Source of the DNA: a virus
Virus record (IMG/VR): IMGVR_UViG_3300032524_000070
DNA length: 64,000 bases
Reading direction: 5' to 3' (one strand)
Below are positions 10,501 through 18,043 of the stretch, in pieces. The first letter of the stretch is position 1, and each line of letters begins with the position of its first letter. The translations under genes and the position numbers were made by a program. The notes beneath the pieces were generated by a model, which was not told where the DNA came from, ran no database searches, and saw nothing but the letters and a program-made list of their open reading frames with translations.

Positions 10501-12687
10501 GAGACGATCTACGGCCCCTCCCTGGTGCTGGTGGGCAACATGATCGCTGGTGGGGCTCCCGCAGCCGGAGAGATTGGTGTGAGTCCCGGGACGCCCCACG
10601 CCAACGAGACCTTCGACCCCACCAACTCGGTGCCGGTCTACTCCAATGTCCCCCGGAACCTGCACTTCCGCGTCAATGACGTGCAGGGTCAAGCCATCAA
10701 CGACCCACAGCTTCACCTGCCGCCGGGCAACTTCGGTGTCTCTTGCCTCCTGCCGGGGACTGAGATCCGCACCGAAGACGGTAACCCGGCCTTCTTCGCA
10801 CTCGGCGGGGTGTTCCTGGAGCCATCACTCCCGAAGTACCCGCCCGACCTCAACCCGGCCACAGGGCCGAACGTGGTGGATGCCACTCGGTCGATGGGTG
10901 TGAACACGGTCGGGATGGTGGCTGCGGGGACTGCTGAGCAGGTTCACTTCGAGGTCCGGCGAGTTCGACGGTGGCACGGGCAGCAGAACGCCATCAACGA
11001 CGCCTTCCAGCCCTTGCAGTACGCCTACGAGATCCGCCGGGGCATCATCACGGGGTACACCCGGAACGAGCAGCAGGTCGGCACAGTGACGGCCCTCGAC
11101 TTCCAGATGAACTGGGCCGTGGCGAACCCAGCCTTGTCTCGCGTCGCCGACGTATGGAATGACGATGATGGGGTGCTCCACAGCGGCACGAACCTCGGGC
11201 CGTTCAACTCCGAGGACGTGAACATCAACCCCGGCGACACCTTCCGCCTGCTCGACGACGACGGTGTGGTGCTGGAAGAGGCTGTCGTAGGCGAGGTGGT
11301 GTCCGGTTCTGCCTTGAAGCTCCGGGCTCCGGGCTTCTCCACTCAGGCGGCAGCCAGCGTGGTCGGTCGTCGCTTCGAGGTCTGGCTCCGTCAGGCCCCG
11401 GTCCCGCATGAGCAGAGCAACGAGCAGCTCCTCGAACTCATCACCGACTCCGTGGTCCACGTCACGGCGGCTGACCACAGTGACGCCGACCCGCAGAACT
11501 GGGTGGGCGGCTACGTCCCGGAGACGGCTGGTGGCAGTGCGTGGGCCGACGTGAGCAACAAGCTGCTCGACGACTCAGCGGGTGGCGTGGACTTCACGGC
11601 TCTGGGCGTCCGGGCGGACGACATCGTGATCATCGACCCGATGGGCACCCTGCCGGTTGTGGACGAGCGGGGTGCCCGTCCGCTGGGTGACCGAAGCGTC
11701 CCGACCCGCACGCCAGCGGGTGCGTTCGATGCAGGTCCGGCATCCAGCCTGGACGACAACCGGGGCTTCTACCGGGTGGGCACGGTAGAAGCCGGGGAAC
11801 TCGGCATCGACCCCATCCACCTGTTCGCGGGGACGCTGGGTGGCGACGTGCTGATGGCGGCGGCCCGAACGAATCTCGTGTACGCCATCTACCCGACCGT
11901 CAGCAGCTCGGTGCTCTCGACGGATGGTGCCGAGGGTCAGAACGACTTGCGGCCGACCCGCAAGGCTGTGGGTGGGACCTTCACCAGTGGGGTGCCCGTC
12001 GAGGACAAGCACTCGATGAGGCCCTTCAGCTACCGCATCATCCGGCCCAGCTCGCTCTTCAGCACGGAGGTCGTAGACACGGTGCTGATGCTGCGGGAGC
12101 GGATGCTCTCGCTCATCGAGCTGTTCCGCAGCGCGACCAAGGGGACCAAGGGCGGCTTCTACTGGACGTGGCAGAACGCGGATCACGTCGAAGACCTTGG
12201 TGACCCGGCGGACCCGGACTCCGGGCGGGGGCTCTTCCCGAACCGCCTGGTCACGACCATCGTGGGCGAGACCAGCCGCTCGCCGTTCGTGAACACCAAC
12301 GACTGCCTGTCCATCCTGGATCGTCGCTTCTGGATTCACGACACGAAGCTGGACCTCCGCGAGCCCGACCCGAACAACCCGTTCGGGATGCGCGAGGCGA
12401 CGGGCGGGGTGCCCTTCGACGGCGTGGGCGGCCCCTACACGGCCTATACGGACGTGACAGTGGGTGGGTCAGAGGTCAGGCCGGTGTTGACCGACCACAT
12501 CAACCTGGTGCTCGACGTGCGAGATCGACTCCGGGACATCCGATACACCTGGCTGGCCTACCGGACGCACAGGTACATCGGGACGCTGGCTCGAATCGCA
12601 GCCTTCGACGCGGCCTTGCCGTCGAGGTTGGAGGAACGCGAACGGGCGATGCTGCTGGAGAGCACGGCCGGAGAGGTGACGGAATGA
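1558..12687 (+). CDS. Giant (3709 aa) virion structural protein, baseplate/fibre associated
   Basis: 11.1 kb uninterrupted ORF with coding-type codon bias and TGATG coupling. Beta-rich, acidic, multi-domain; located in the baseplate cluster. Confidence 0.8.
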   Translation: MGIEFTGHVLRAPRVAPGNSTTSSPPANGVVRDVRVPPARTTTAPLIVDFAGDQYRAAVLEGPGTSPHEYLVWTAVSSQLALVDDASWWMADGTGSIPAGVTFKVIVTDDGGRAIGRVTHLVISRGDVAHVDEGWVDVNNPAAGRLGSLPYYVVVPAVVDQNPVSGVVTLTDDNVFTATGAALVPSTLAALFGGGLSIERGDVVQGVRYTLSAARFWWTRNDRYETRFGWNGRLQRWMPYKGSAPVNLGRLLFDESYRISPPLSNLPVGSVLPGNALVGDQYAMLRLGSSAGALSLPVGVSDPDGFEGVQVVADADVATDYDFSGSARAAVVGQTTGILQFNPLFIEEHAGKVIWYVYRSFAAASTGIVGTLIAPDDLFLAPVPGPTDYPFIRINNRTPLTVTLAVDEAALAALTFGEGSCGVALTTGRLKLSQTDIDKADPEKLATFDKHFLGASIVYDGVALNATPQPTKGPRPLVQLDGVTTTVHPVEPMYLPAALPWPEDAAGGLYAGLGLSGVMHMPDKTGAVPDPEGVNPAIVVVPVRPGGDALPPPGGGVPPQTIGLIRQIEDGVGDTILFSKAGAIEELIVVDRNSELPNFPFDVPGGVAYIAREATTVAGAPHSAVQLGSETRTAFAGQDVYFLQASLNPSTYTETAALYSKSRIVFRFDGTEVLYFASDGTGHDWHASSLPAQDFYTAGEVAASIQARITAQAGTAVCRAAGDRVVLEAADPDVGWIEIGWGFPKDLSGAAALGFLPGWRALGGQPNWLTDAGVSMGLSRSLLNLDRSKPDADYLAQYRLSDVVVASSVQGSPFVFFDFPPVEDVAGFDEGVFFNLQTMALNGDDIRIVDKRLGHYAEIEHRFAEGKFSWLDSATSSNPVIQRTSSVNLGHSAVVPETLLGAPGIGGGFMAAEDAGQYVVQRQGVDYLITDDGLSGTTQLITRYGARVDFGARGTYALGGTTFEDPDANFLAAMQPGTRLKLSEGSYFVDSITDGTHVEVSPPFISSSTRPTPWEAFAGFPDSVYDPAIVADQVFKPFDHLPDEPFRVRVLSPLGIIVIADFTAIVEDANTSGRPVSLRFGAVAAGPGLTATLSPLTLTTLGVLANNLLVLPKTTHVAEAAFSIRVGTVLYEQAAGLLPVASFTADPVAVEYLTADWDDGTVVHPAGELKFNSVLLVSLESSAVVLVEELRASANLTAGTAEYDAKTGAIRIAAADVTTHTGAQLYFTEQMITRKPGADVAISPMVGAVSFRKPINKGSLVEIEYWLADSEGRRVGTPADRTIEFLPVFVRREAAVRLTDHEFNLDPLGEHAIDTRIKPVVYLGPKQQNFGKVDFTVDAPANLLGQRLSFNRDLATWIVPEVSYAVFDALGGERAFQTSQKPVYRPPFFIKAGMDNFGLRGNRAADFEVGQMLRIGPECFYITKIRYFADPDTTRFDIYPSTVGEVGSRSPGNDVLTLVTAGPITPTLDPDGLAPIATAAPAGFMQEIVLTDFPFEPVNAKQNSITFMGDLTAFAVPGHIMEIAGLPFTIASVSLSDDGTRTKLIFTSPFRLAIDPTGGPTVRLSYRPVYPPEVRQLVGVGPYVASEGVELTLFGEFIEGVEQPGRQLAEGTEFEIDPETGAVQLLAPLQEPLGPKQKLLLSFTKIRVMEPFYSGGQVQFPRWAAQYKHAVLPNEDNGYLGGTLTARYTFDNPDSFYFRALPLRSYLGEAVTQAVAEMQQGQASGGPRLSSPAGTNNWQQGNVGLASQRRDLLDKDRAARSLLTFYNNAVVAFEQVEEAITGKFIGDRDGKFRFWIGRGEEYAPPGYEDDYTGELNPSIVWSSVFNATDITRDIQFLVTDPLVRPTLCTMVDLQLFGEPLGASQLRDLMDQQRALIRNDVDDVVLLASSTPRIITTNAPPYFTVESDGTFAKMGSAHRYSRLFPTTTEVFFTLLPGIEADVAGAGDVGSYAWNRITTTGTTESTYRAPIGQVGNPVMGAIGNISEKVLQMRLPRARILSYHPEGLDSSAFGMAVPLPCLVISAVPLADLPMDPATGFPDVSRFLSQNVTGDTADAVAGDPMFALPGFEAGQRVGWGKPDGRLLAALFPEEVDVFGSKTYTGLFVNQVLYGCVLTFRDRQGNAISDPNQILVGTSPTSGLAAHIFGLIESDTIYVLPPDTANPISDPATESPTMANQQQAALLSPAFRQGFDLAVDTSGQIKDLSLPSWGDPSLFPVKELLGQKTPEPMSHLEGVVDFANVDQLPLRTPALLGNPQDDAGDYAIPYMKGTNTELARFEQVTNVIGPLMAADAVDGGYFPDEILFVDGEVPAAPVLIAGLNYREPAALMTPTKTDPAATLGVAPGREGDFLLVEVNAGAPQGYQGILTVGALRNVNTGGADWSWIEPPRFVTQVNQGSSIRYLLALYAVHTTPGNYPLDPQVTDPPGVRLFEDVAGNRTILSFQDVVFGLNDGNAINTGNLNTILAADVDNVVEVQVFSRPDDTAVDGPAGLGTYTNVQKDGRDIIRVFLRSGFGRVIDYLGNDTGWIAHTGVTIGGFDALGGEPAPGTVADNRHIIINGWASLPLTAGVGQEADWFLPYDLIDPGGPNERKISKYGFEFGVSINTLGTGESTSAYIDADRLTFHEVVDFRLARPRGFALTNPNGSQVYETAIRVGEITLGGAAFSTINDVEGTTITIRSRDGSTTSIEGTWNPAASPAEEGSIRVMGFEYNSVAITASDVTASVVASQTTDPSGSDILVGDGWAEADRIDSIVATSGDMDNVQKGDAVYIDRSATALPDAATAKAGTYITRYVIKPTAGPNLYLPVTKSSYAGTGNGFITTRFPRVLSLDVLLQRLEIDDHLMLPATGKLFIAIRPADLNSAVAGTFQKALFSVDWTAFDLGGPNPKLVLGAFDTWRWADDTPIGASLAAIALLISTADVASRQMSWHDNPVAGPGASASGSMQVNISVRGGDLPDDSSVVGHHNIGGGATDAAYGFHGITYETIYGPSLVLVGNMIAGGAPAAGEIGVSPGTPHANETFDPTNSVPVYSNVPRNLHFRVNDVQGQAINDPQLHLPPGNFGVSCLLPGTEIRTEDGNPAFFALGGVFLEPSLPKYPPDLNPATGPNVVDATRSMGVNTVGMVAAGTAEQVHFEVRRVRRWHGQQNAINDAFQPLQYAYEIRRGIITGYTRNEQQVGTVTALDFQMNWAVANPALSRVADVWNDDDGVLHSGTNLGPFNSEDVNINPGDTFRLLDDDGVVLEEAVVGEVVSGSALKLRAPGFSTQAAASVVGRRFEVWLRQAPVPHEQSNEQLLELITDSVVHVTAADHSDADPQNWVGGYVPETAGGSAWADVSNKLLDDSAGGVDFTALGVRADDIVIIDPMGTLPVVDERGARPLGDRSVPTRTPAGAFDAGPASSLDDNRGFYRVGTVEAGELGIDPIHLFAGTLGGDVLMAAARTNLVYAIYPTVSSSVLSTDGAEGQNDLRPTRKAVGGTFTSGVPVEDKHSMRPFSYRIIRPSSLFSTEVVDTVLMLRERMLSLIELFRSATKGTKGGFYWTWQNADHVEDLGDPADPDSGRGLFPNRLVTTIVGETSRSPFVNTNDCLSILDRRFWIHDTKLDLREPDPNNPFGMREATGGVPFDGVGGPYTAYTDVTVGGSEVRPVLTDHINLVLDVRDRLRDIRYTWLAYRTHRYIGTLARIAAFDAALPSRLEERERAMLLESTAGEVTE

Positions 12688-12923
12688 GCGAAGGGCTGAC
12701 CGAGGAGCAGGTGACCGAGCGACTCAAGGCAGCGGGCATTGACCCGAGCGCCTGGGGTGCGATGGGCGGCCACGGCCCGCAGACGCCGAAGTTCGCTCTC
12801 AGTTTGGCGGCGGATCTCCAGAAGGTCACGGCTCTCCTTCAGGGCGTAGTGAACGAGAAGCAGGGCAAGGTGCGGTCGTTGGAAGAGCAGCTCGCCCGGT
12901 TGCGCTACGGCGGGGGTAGCTGA
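12684..12923 (+). CDS. Small coiled-coil hypothetical protein (79 aa)
   Basis: ATGA overlap with the upstream gene and TGATG overlap with the downstream gene. C-terminal heptad pattern LQKVTALLQGVVNEKQGKVRSLEEQL. Confidence 0.7.
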   Translation: MSEGLTEEQVTERLKAAGIDPSAWGAMGGHGPQTPKFALSLAADLQKVTALLQGVVNEKQGKVRSLEEQLARLRYGGGS

Positions 12924-15910
12924 TGCCCGTCGATGACAGAACCGGCCAGTGGGGGACTCTCAGCCTCACCATCCCCGACTTCCTTGGGGACGTGCGGGAT
13001 GCCATCAACGACTTCGCGGAGCTGCTCATCAGCGTCCTGGAGATCGTCAACCAGGCGTTGGAGTTCGTGAAGGCCTTCATCAAGGGCTACATCGACCCGA
13101 TGGTCATCCTCATCGAGGCCATCATCGACGAGATCGTGGCCATCCTGACCGACCTGCGGGAGATCGGCCTCTACATCACCGGGGACTGGGCCTTGCTCGG
13201 CTGGCCGCCAGAGGATCTGCGAGGCGGCTTCAGCGAGTACGAGCGGCGGATGATCGCCCGCCTGTCGGACCGAACCGACCCGACGCGGCCTGACTTCTCC
13301 AGCAAGATGAAGGTGCTGGGGTTCTTCGGCTACCTGTCCGTGGATCCCAGCGAGTTCGAGCGGCTCGTCAACTTCATCACCACCATCATCAAGATGTTCG
13401 GGTTGAGCTTCTTCCCGGACACCTCCGGCCTCCCGGTGCCGACCATCCAGGAGACCCTGTACGGCCCCGACACCGTGGGGGTCACGACAGCCTTCCAGTT
13501 CGGGGCGCTCAAGCAGGCTCTCACGGCGGACGGTGGTTCCCCTCCAGCCCGGTGTCGTGTGACCTGGACTACGCAGCCCGCGTCGCAGAAGCATCCGCTG
13601 AACCCCTTCCCGGTCATCGGCCCCTCTGGCTACATCGTCACCGTATCGACGCTGCCGAACGGCATCGCCCTCAAGTACGCCCGACCGAAGGCGAACACCG
13701 ACAAGAAACCGGCTGGTGGTGACCCCGACAAGCTGGCCCAGCCCCGCGAGTCCGGCTCCGTTCTCGACTTGAACGGGACGCCCCTGGTGCTCCACGGTGG
13801 GGCAGAGATGCTGGCCTTCCAGGATTCGGGCTTCGGCTACAACGAGCACATGGACGACGGCATCCCCGAGGACGGGAGCTGTCAGGTCTTTGGGATGCTC
13901 GACCCAGCCTCGAACGAGATCATCCCGTTGGAGCTGCTCGGTCAGGCTGATGCTCTGGGGACGGCCCTTGACGGCAAGGGCAAGGACTTCTATCTCCAGC
14001 GGACCTTCCTGGTGGGGGCGGGGGTGGCTCTCGCTCAGTGGTTCGCGGGGGAGTACAGCGCGGTATTCCACCTTGACGACATGCCCCGTGCAGCTCGCTT
14101 TGAGAAGCAGTCGGACGGGACGTTCGACCTGGTGGATGACGGCCCGGCGGCCAACTACTACGTCCGCGTCTGGGCGACGGGCAAGGAGGTCGCCGAGGCG
14201 ACCCGGATTCCGCAGTGGAACTTCGAGGCACAGCAGGCCAAGAACAACGCCACCACTTCCGGGCAGCCCTTCGTCGTCGGCCTCAAGTGCGGCCCCTCCG
14301 GCATCGGGATGCCCTCCGGCCCTCGCAAGATCACCTTCGTCAACGCCAACACGAACGAGTACCTGCACGCCCTGGAGACCGCCCTGATGGTGCTGGTCTT
14401 GAGCCGGTCGGACTTGCCGTTGCTGGACGAGCTGGTGGGCTCGAAGCCGGAGGCCACCGCACAGGGCTACCGCGACGGCAAGTGGGCCGGGCAGGGCTTC
14501 GCTCTGACAGCGACGGGTCTGGAGGACTCCAGGCACCTCGTCAGCCTGATGTACCCGAACACCAAGACGCTGGAGAAGCCGAACCAGTCGCCCCAGGCGT
14601 GGCGGACGGTGCTGTTCCAGAAGGTCCGCCAGATGGCACAGGACATCTACGAGCAGACCGGCCCGATGCCCGATGTCGAGAAGATCATCGTCGATGCGAC
14701 CACGGAGCTGCGGACGCTCTCGTGGGATGCCCTGCTCGACTCGGACGACGCCGCAGGGGGTCGTCAGTACGTGTCGGCTGTCGAGGCGCTGGACACGGAG
14801 CCACCTCCGATGTTCAAGGCGCTGGACCCGAAGAATCCCGTGGCCGGGATGTCCGAGTTCGGCATCGCCCCGAATGTCATGTCGATGGGTGTCGCTGCAC
14901 AGGACGTGGAGACGTTGTTCTACGACCCGGTGGATGGGGGGCAGGGGCCGCTGCGGCATCGGGCCAGTGACTTCGTGCTCTGGGACGGCGGCAGCATCGA
15001 GATCGTCTACGAGGAGTCCGACCCGGGGAACGTCCGTGCGCTCAAGGCCAGCTCGCCAGCGAGTCTGGTCCGCATCTACGACAAGTTCACGGACAAGGAC
15101 GGCAAGCTGCTCGTCCCCGAGGACTGGCGGCAGTATTTCCAGGCGGTCGAGGCACAGTCGAAGGTGGTGGGCTCCGCTGACAAGGCCCCCGTCTTCGTAT
15201 CTGGAGCCTCGCAACTGGTGAAGTACACCAAGAGCGGCAGCTTGGTCGCTGCGTGGCCCGGAGCCCTTTTCTTGCGGGGCCTCTTCCGGCTCTATGAAGA
15301 CGGGCTTCTCTACCAGCAGGCGGCCATCGCCCTGCGGGTGGCTACGGCGGCATCGAGCCGGGCACCGGAGGACGGCGAGTGGATTGCCATGCGGCTGTTC
15401 GATGCCTTCCCGGAGCTGGAGACGTTCCTGAACGCGGTCGAGAACTGGGTGAAGTCCCTTGCGTCCGCCGCACAGTCGATGGCGGACGCCATCATCAAGT
15501 ACATCGAGTTCGTGCAGGCGCAGATCGTGGAGCTACAGCAGCTCATCGGTCGCATCAACGGCTTGATCCAGTCGTTCCTGTCCTTCAGCTTCGCTCTGCC
15601 GGAGTTCAGCGGCCTGATGCTGTTGTCGGACGGCACGGACGGGGTGATGTCCGACCTGGTGACGGCCAAGAACAAGCCCTCGGACAGCCCCCTGTCCTAC
15701 GCAGGCGGTCTGGCTCTCGTGATCCCCTTCGGCCCGTCCTTCATCTTCGACCTCATCGCTCTGGCTGGTGGGGAGGACAACGAGGGCTCGACCCCCAATC
15801 CAGACCCCAACGTCGCCATGACGATGATCGGGGCTCCAGACGCCATCGGCATCGAGCAGATCCCGCCGGGTGCTGGGCCAGCCCCGACCGATGAACCCGA
15901 CGTGCTGTAG
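12923..15910 (+). CDS. 995-aa probable virion protein with amphipathic helical N- and C-terminal regions
   Basis: Long coupled ORF. Helical hydrophobic-periodic segments at both ends (INDFAELLISVLEIVNQAL...; IIKYIEFVQAQIVELQQLI...). Confidence 0.7.
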   Translation: MPVDDRTGQWGTLSLTIPDFLGDVRDAINDFAELLISVLEIVNQALEFVKAFIKGYIDPMVILIEAIIDEIVAILTDLREIGLYITGDWALLGWPPEDLRGGFSEYERRMIARLSDRTDPTRPDFSSKMKVLGFFGYLSVDPSEFERLVNFITTIIKMFGLSFFPDTSGLPVPTIQETLYGPDTVGVTTAFQFGALKQALTADGGSPPARCRVTWTTQPASQKHPLNPFPVIGPSGYIVTVSTLPNGIALKYARPKANTDKKPAGGDPDKLAQPRESGSVLDLNGTPLVLHGGAEMLAFQDSGFGYNEHMDDGIPEDGSCQVFGMLDPASNEIIPLELLGQADALGTALDGKGKDFYLQRTFLVGAGVALAQWFAGEYSAVFHLDDMPRAARFEKQSDGTFDLVDDGPAANYYVRVWATGKEVAEATRIPQWNFEAQQAKNNATTSGQPFVVGLKCGPSGIGMPSGPRKITFVNANTNEYLHALETALMVLVLSRSDLPLLDELVGSKPEATAQGYRDGKWAGQGFALTATGLEDSRHLVSLMYPNTKTLEKPNQSPQAWRTVLFQKVRQMAQDIYEQTGPMPDVEKIIVDATTELRTLSWDALLDSDDAAGGRQYVSAVEALDTEPPPMFKALDPKNPVAGMSEFGIAPNVMSMGVAAQDVETLFYDPVDGGQGPLRHRASDFVLWDGGSIEIVYEESDPGNVRALKASSPASLVRIYDKFTDKDGKLLVPEDWRQYFQAVEAQSKVVGSADKAPVFVSGASQLVKYTKSGSLVAAWPGALFLRGLFRLYEDGLLYQQAAIALRVATAASSRAPEDGEWIAMRLFDAFPELETFLNAVENWVKSLASAAQSMADAIIKYIEFVQAQIVELQQLIGRINGLIQSFLSFSFALPEFSGLMLLSDGTDGVMSDLVTAKNKPSDSPLSYAGGLALVIPFGPSFIFDLIALAGGEDNEGSTPNPDPNVAMTMIGAPDAIGIEQIPPGAGPAPTDEPDVL

Positions 15911-15918
15911 GAGCTGCC

Positions 15919-16821
15919 ATGCCGTCGTTCACCAAGATGGGCAGCTTCCCGGTCGGATACTTCCGGGCGACGACTGCATGGCTGTTGCGGGAGCGGCGGG
16001 ATGTCGTGACCCGCATCGCCACGTTGCAGGCAGAGATGGCCCGCATCGGCTTCGTCACCATGAACTACCGGAAGGTCAAGGAGGGCGACAGCACCAAGGC
16101 GACGGCAGAACGCCTCGGCTTCTCCATCCCAGAGGGCACGAGCCTCGCCCGGCTGGTCCAGGCGTACATCGCCACAGGCGGCAACCCGTTCAACATCTCC
16201 GGCTTCCTCCACCCGAACACCACAGAGGTATCTCCGGCGGCGGACGGTGGCGTGTCCGTGGCACAGGACTACCCCGGTGGTGGGGCTCCAGGAGCGCAGT
16301 CAGTCGCCTACGACAACCCCCTGCCCGAAGGCCCCAAGGACGGCAGCACGAACCCTCAGAAGTCCGGCTACGAGGCCTACGAGGGCGGCTACATCGACCA
16401 CCCTGGCTACAAGCCTGCCCGGCAGGGCGGCAGGATGGACCGGGGCTCCTGGGATGACGCCACGGTCGTCCGGGTGATGCACGACACCCGCAACTGGGCG
16501 AACAAGGAGATCAAGGCCCGGCTCCAGAACAAGGAGTGGCAGATCATCAAGCTCTCCGACTGCTGGGAGCAGCTCCGGGTGGAGCGGGATGAAGTGCTCA
16601 TGGAGGCGTTCGGCGGGCAGTTGGTTGACCTGCCCGCCATGGACGACGAGACGTTCGACACCAAGCGGCTCTGCCAGGTCATCATCGCCGACATGTACGC
16701 GCTCCTGTTCGACGTGGATGACTCCGGCATCCCGACCGGATTCAAGCCGAGTCCCACCCTCGGTCTGCTCTATTTCGCCTACGAGGACGTGCCCGGGGAC
16801 GACGCAGGCCCCATGGGCTGA
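15919..16821 (+). CDS. Hypothetical protein (300 aa), structural cluster
   Basis: AGGAG RBS immediately upstream; high GC3. Confidence 0.7.
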   Translation: MPSFTKMGSFPVGYFRATTAWLLRERRDVVTRIATLQAEMARIGFVTMNYRKVKEGDSTKATAERLGFSIPEGTSLARLVQAYIATGGNPFNISGFLHPNTTEVSPAADGGVSVAQDYPGGGAPGAQSVAYDNPLPEGPKDGSTNPQKSGYEAYEGGYIDHPGYKPARQGGRMDRGSWDDATVVRVMHDTRNWANKEIKARLQNKEWQIIKLSDCWEQLRVERDEVLMEAFGGQLVDLPAMDDETFDTKRLCQVIIADMYALLFDVDDSGIPTGFKPSPTLGLLYFAYEDVPGDDAGPMG

Positions 16822-16853
16822 CGGTTTCGGGCCTATACCTCGCCAGTGGTGAG
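16822..16853 (+). promoter_or_regulatory. Putative late-promoter motif copy 1 (CGGT-N5-GCCTATA-N10-GGTGAG)
   Basis: CGGT tttcg-like spacer (TTCGG) GCCTATAcctcgccagtGGTGAG in the intergenic gap. The same motif occurs in four other gaps. Confidence 0.6.
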
Positions 16854-16867
16854 GCCCTAGGAGGTTC

Positions 16868-18043
16868 ATGTCCCTGGAGTTCCAGCTCGCATTCCCCTGT
16901 CCACATCTGACGGTGGAAGAGGTGGTGTCCCTTGGAGACGATAGGCGGTCGCTAAACACGCGACAGCCGGTGGCGTCTGCCGGACAGGTGCGTGTGCTCG
17001 TCAACGACGACTTCTCCATCCCCCGCGAGGGCGTGCTCTCGGCAGCCGTGCTCTCCAGCTCGGTCTCTGGCCCCTTCGACATCATCGAGAACGAGGACAC
17101 CCTCACGGTCGAGGCCAGTGGCGGTACGGCCACCTTGTCCTTCGGGGCGGTGGGGACCATCCGGCTGACGACGGATCAGGTCGTCCGGCGGACGACCATC
17201 GCTGGCTGGGAGCACGTCGAGGTCCGCAACGACAACGGCCACATGGTCTTCGTGGACATCAACAAGGTCGGCCCCTCGGCCTTCGTCAAGGTGCGAGGCA
17301 CGGTGGCCTCTGCTCTGGGCTTCGGTCAGCCGACGCTCTCGGGCAGGCAGTGGGCGGCCTACGGCAAGGAGGTCTACCCCGGGTGGGACCTGTACCTCCG
17401 GCCCGACACCATCACCAACCGCTTCCCCCGGTTCCGCAAGCCGCTCCGCTTGAACCCGATGCTCAAGGTGACCTATGCCGTCCCGGTGCAGCGGTGCCTG
17501 CGATGCCAGGCGGGCTTCATCGAGAACGACTTCCGGTTCGACGCCAGCGGCAACATGCTGCTCATTCAGAACGAGGACTTGCTCTACCAGGCGGCCCTCA
17601 AGATTCTGCTGACCGACCGGGGCTCCAACCCCTTCTTCCCGTGGTACGGCACGACCATCCGGGAGCGCATCGGCAGCAAGGCTCTGTCCGGCGTCGCATC
17701 GGTCCTCAGCGAGGACGTGCGGAAGGCCCTGAGCCGCGTCCAGTCGCTTCAGACGGAGCAGGCGAAGTACCAGCAGGTCACGTTCAAGGAACGGCTCTAC
17801 AGCGTCCTGGCGGTGGACGTGAAGCGCCACACGCAGGACGCGAGCACCTATCTCATCGAGGTCACGGTGCAGAACGCTTCTGGGGAGCCCATCTCCCTCA
17901 ACATCGTCTTCTCGGTGCCCGAGGTGGTGGCCCTGATGGGGAGCAACGGCTTGATGCTAGGCGCGAAGTCAGCAGGGCTCGGGACCACAGAGGCCCGCCA
18001 GCTCTTCAAGAATGACCGCAACCTGCTGACCGGAGGCCAGTGA
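16868..18043 (+). CDS. Baseplate wedge gp25-like (GPW/gp25) domain protein with long N-terminal extension
   Basis: C-terminal ENDFRFDASGNMLLIQNEDLLYQAALKILLTDRGSNPFFPWYGT...IG is typical of the gp25 family. It precedes the baseplate J gene; RBS AGGAGG. Confidence 0.75.
   Translation: MSLEFQLAFPCPHLTVEEVVSLGDDRRSLNTRQPVASAGQVRVLVNDDFSIPREGVLSAAVLSSSVSGPFDIIENEDTLTVEASGGTATLSFGAVGTIRLTTDQVVRRTTIAGWEHVEVRNDNGHMVFVDINKVGPSAFVKVRGTVASALGFGQPTLSGRQWAAYGKEVYPGWDLYLRPDTITNRFPRFRKPLRLNPMLKVTYAVPVQRCLRCQAGFIENDFRFDASGNMLLIQNEDLLYQAALKILLTDRGSNPFFPWYGTTIRERIGSKALSGVASVLSEDVRKALSRVQSLQTEQAKYQQVTFKERLYSVLAVDVKRHTQDASTYLIEVTVQNASGEPISLNIVFSVPEVVALMGSNGLMLGAKSAGLGTTEARQLFKNDRNLLTGGQ

Noticed and set aside
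12442-12449. GCCTATAC inside the 3709-aa gene (also GCCTAT at ~49164)
   Set aside because: Lacks the upstream CGGT box at the right spacing and lies within coding sequence.
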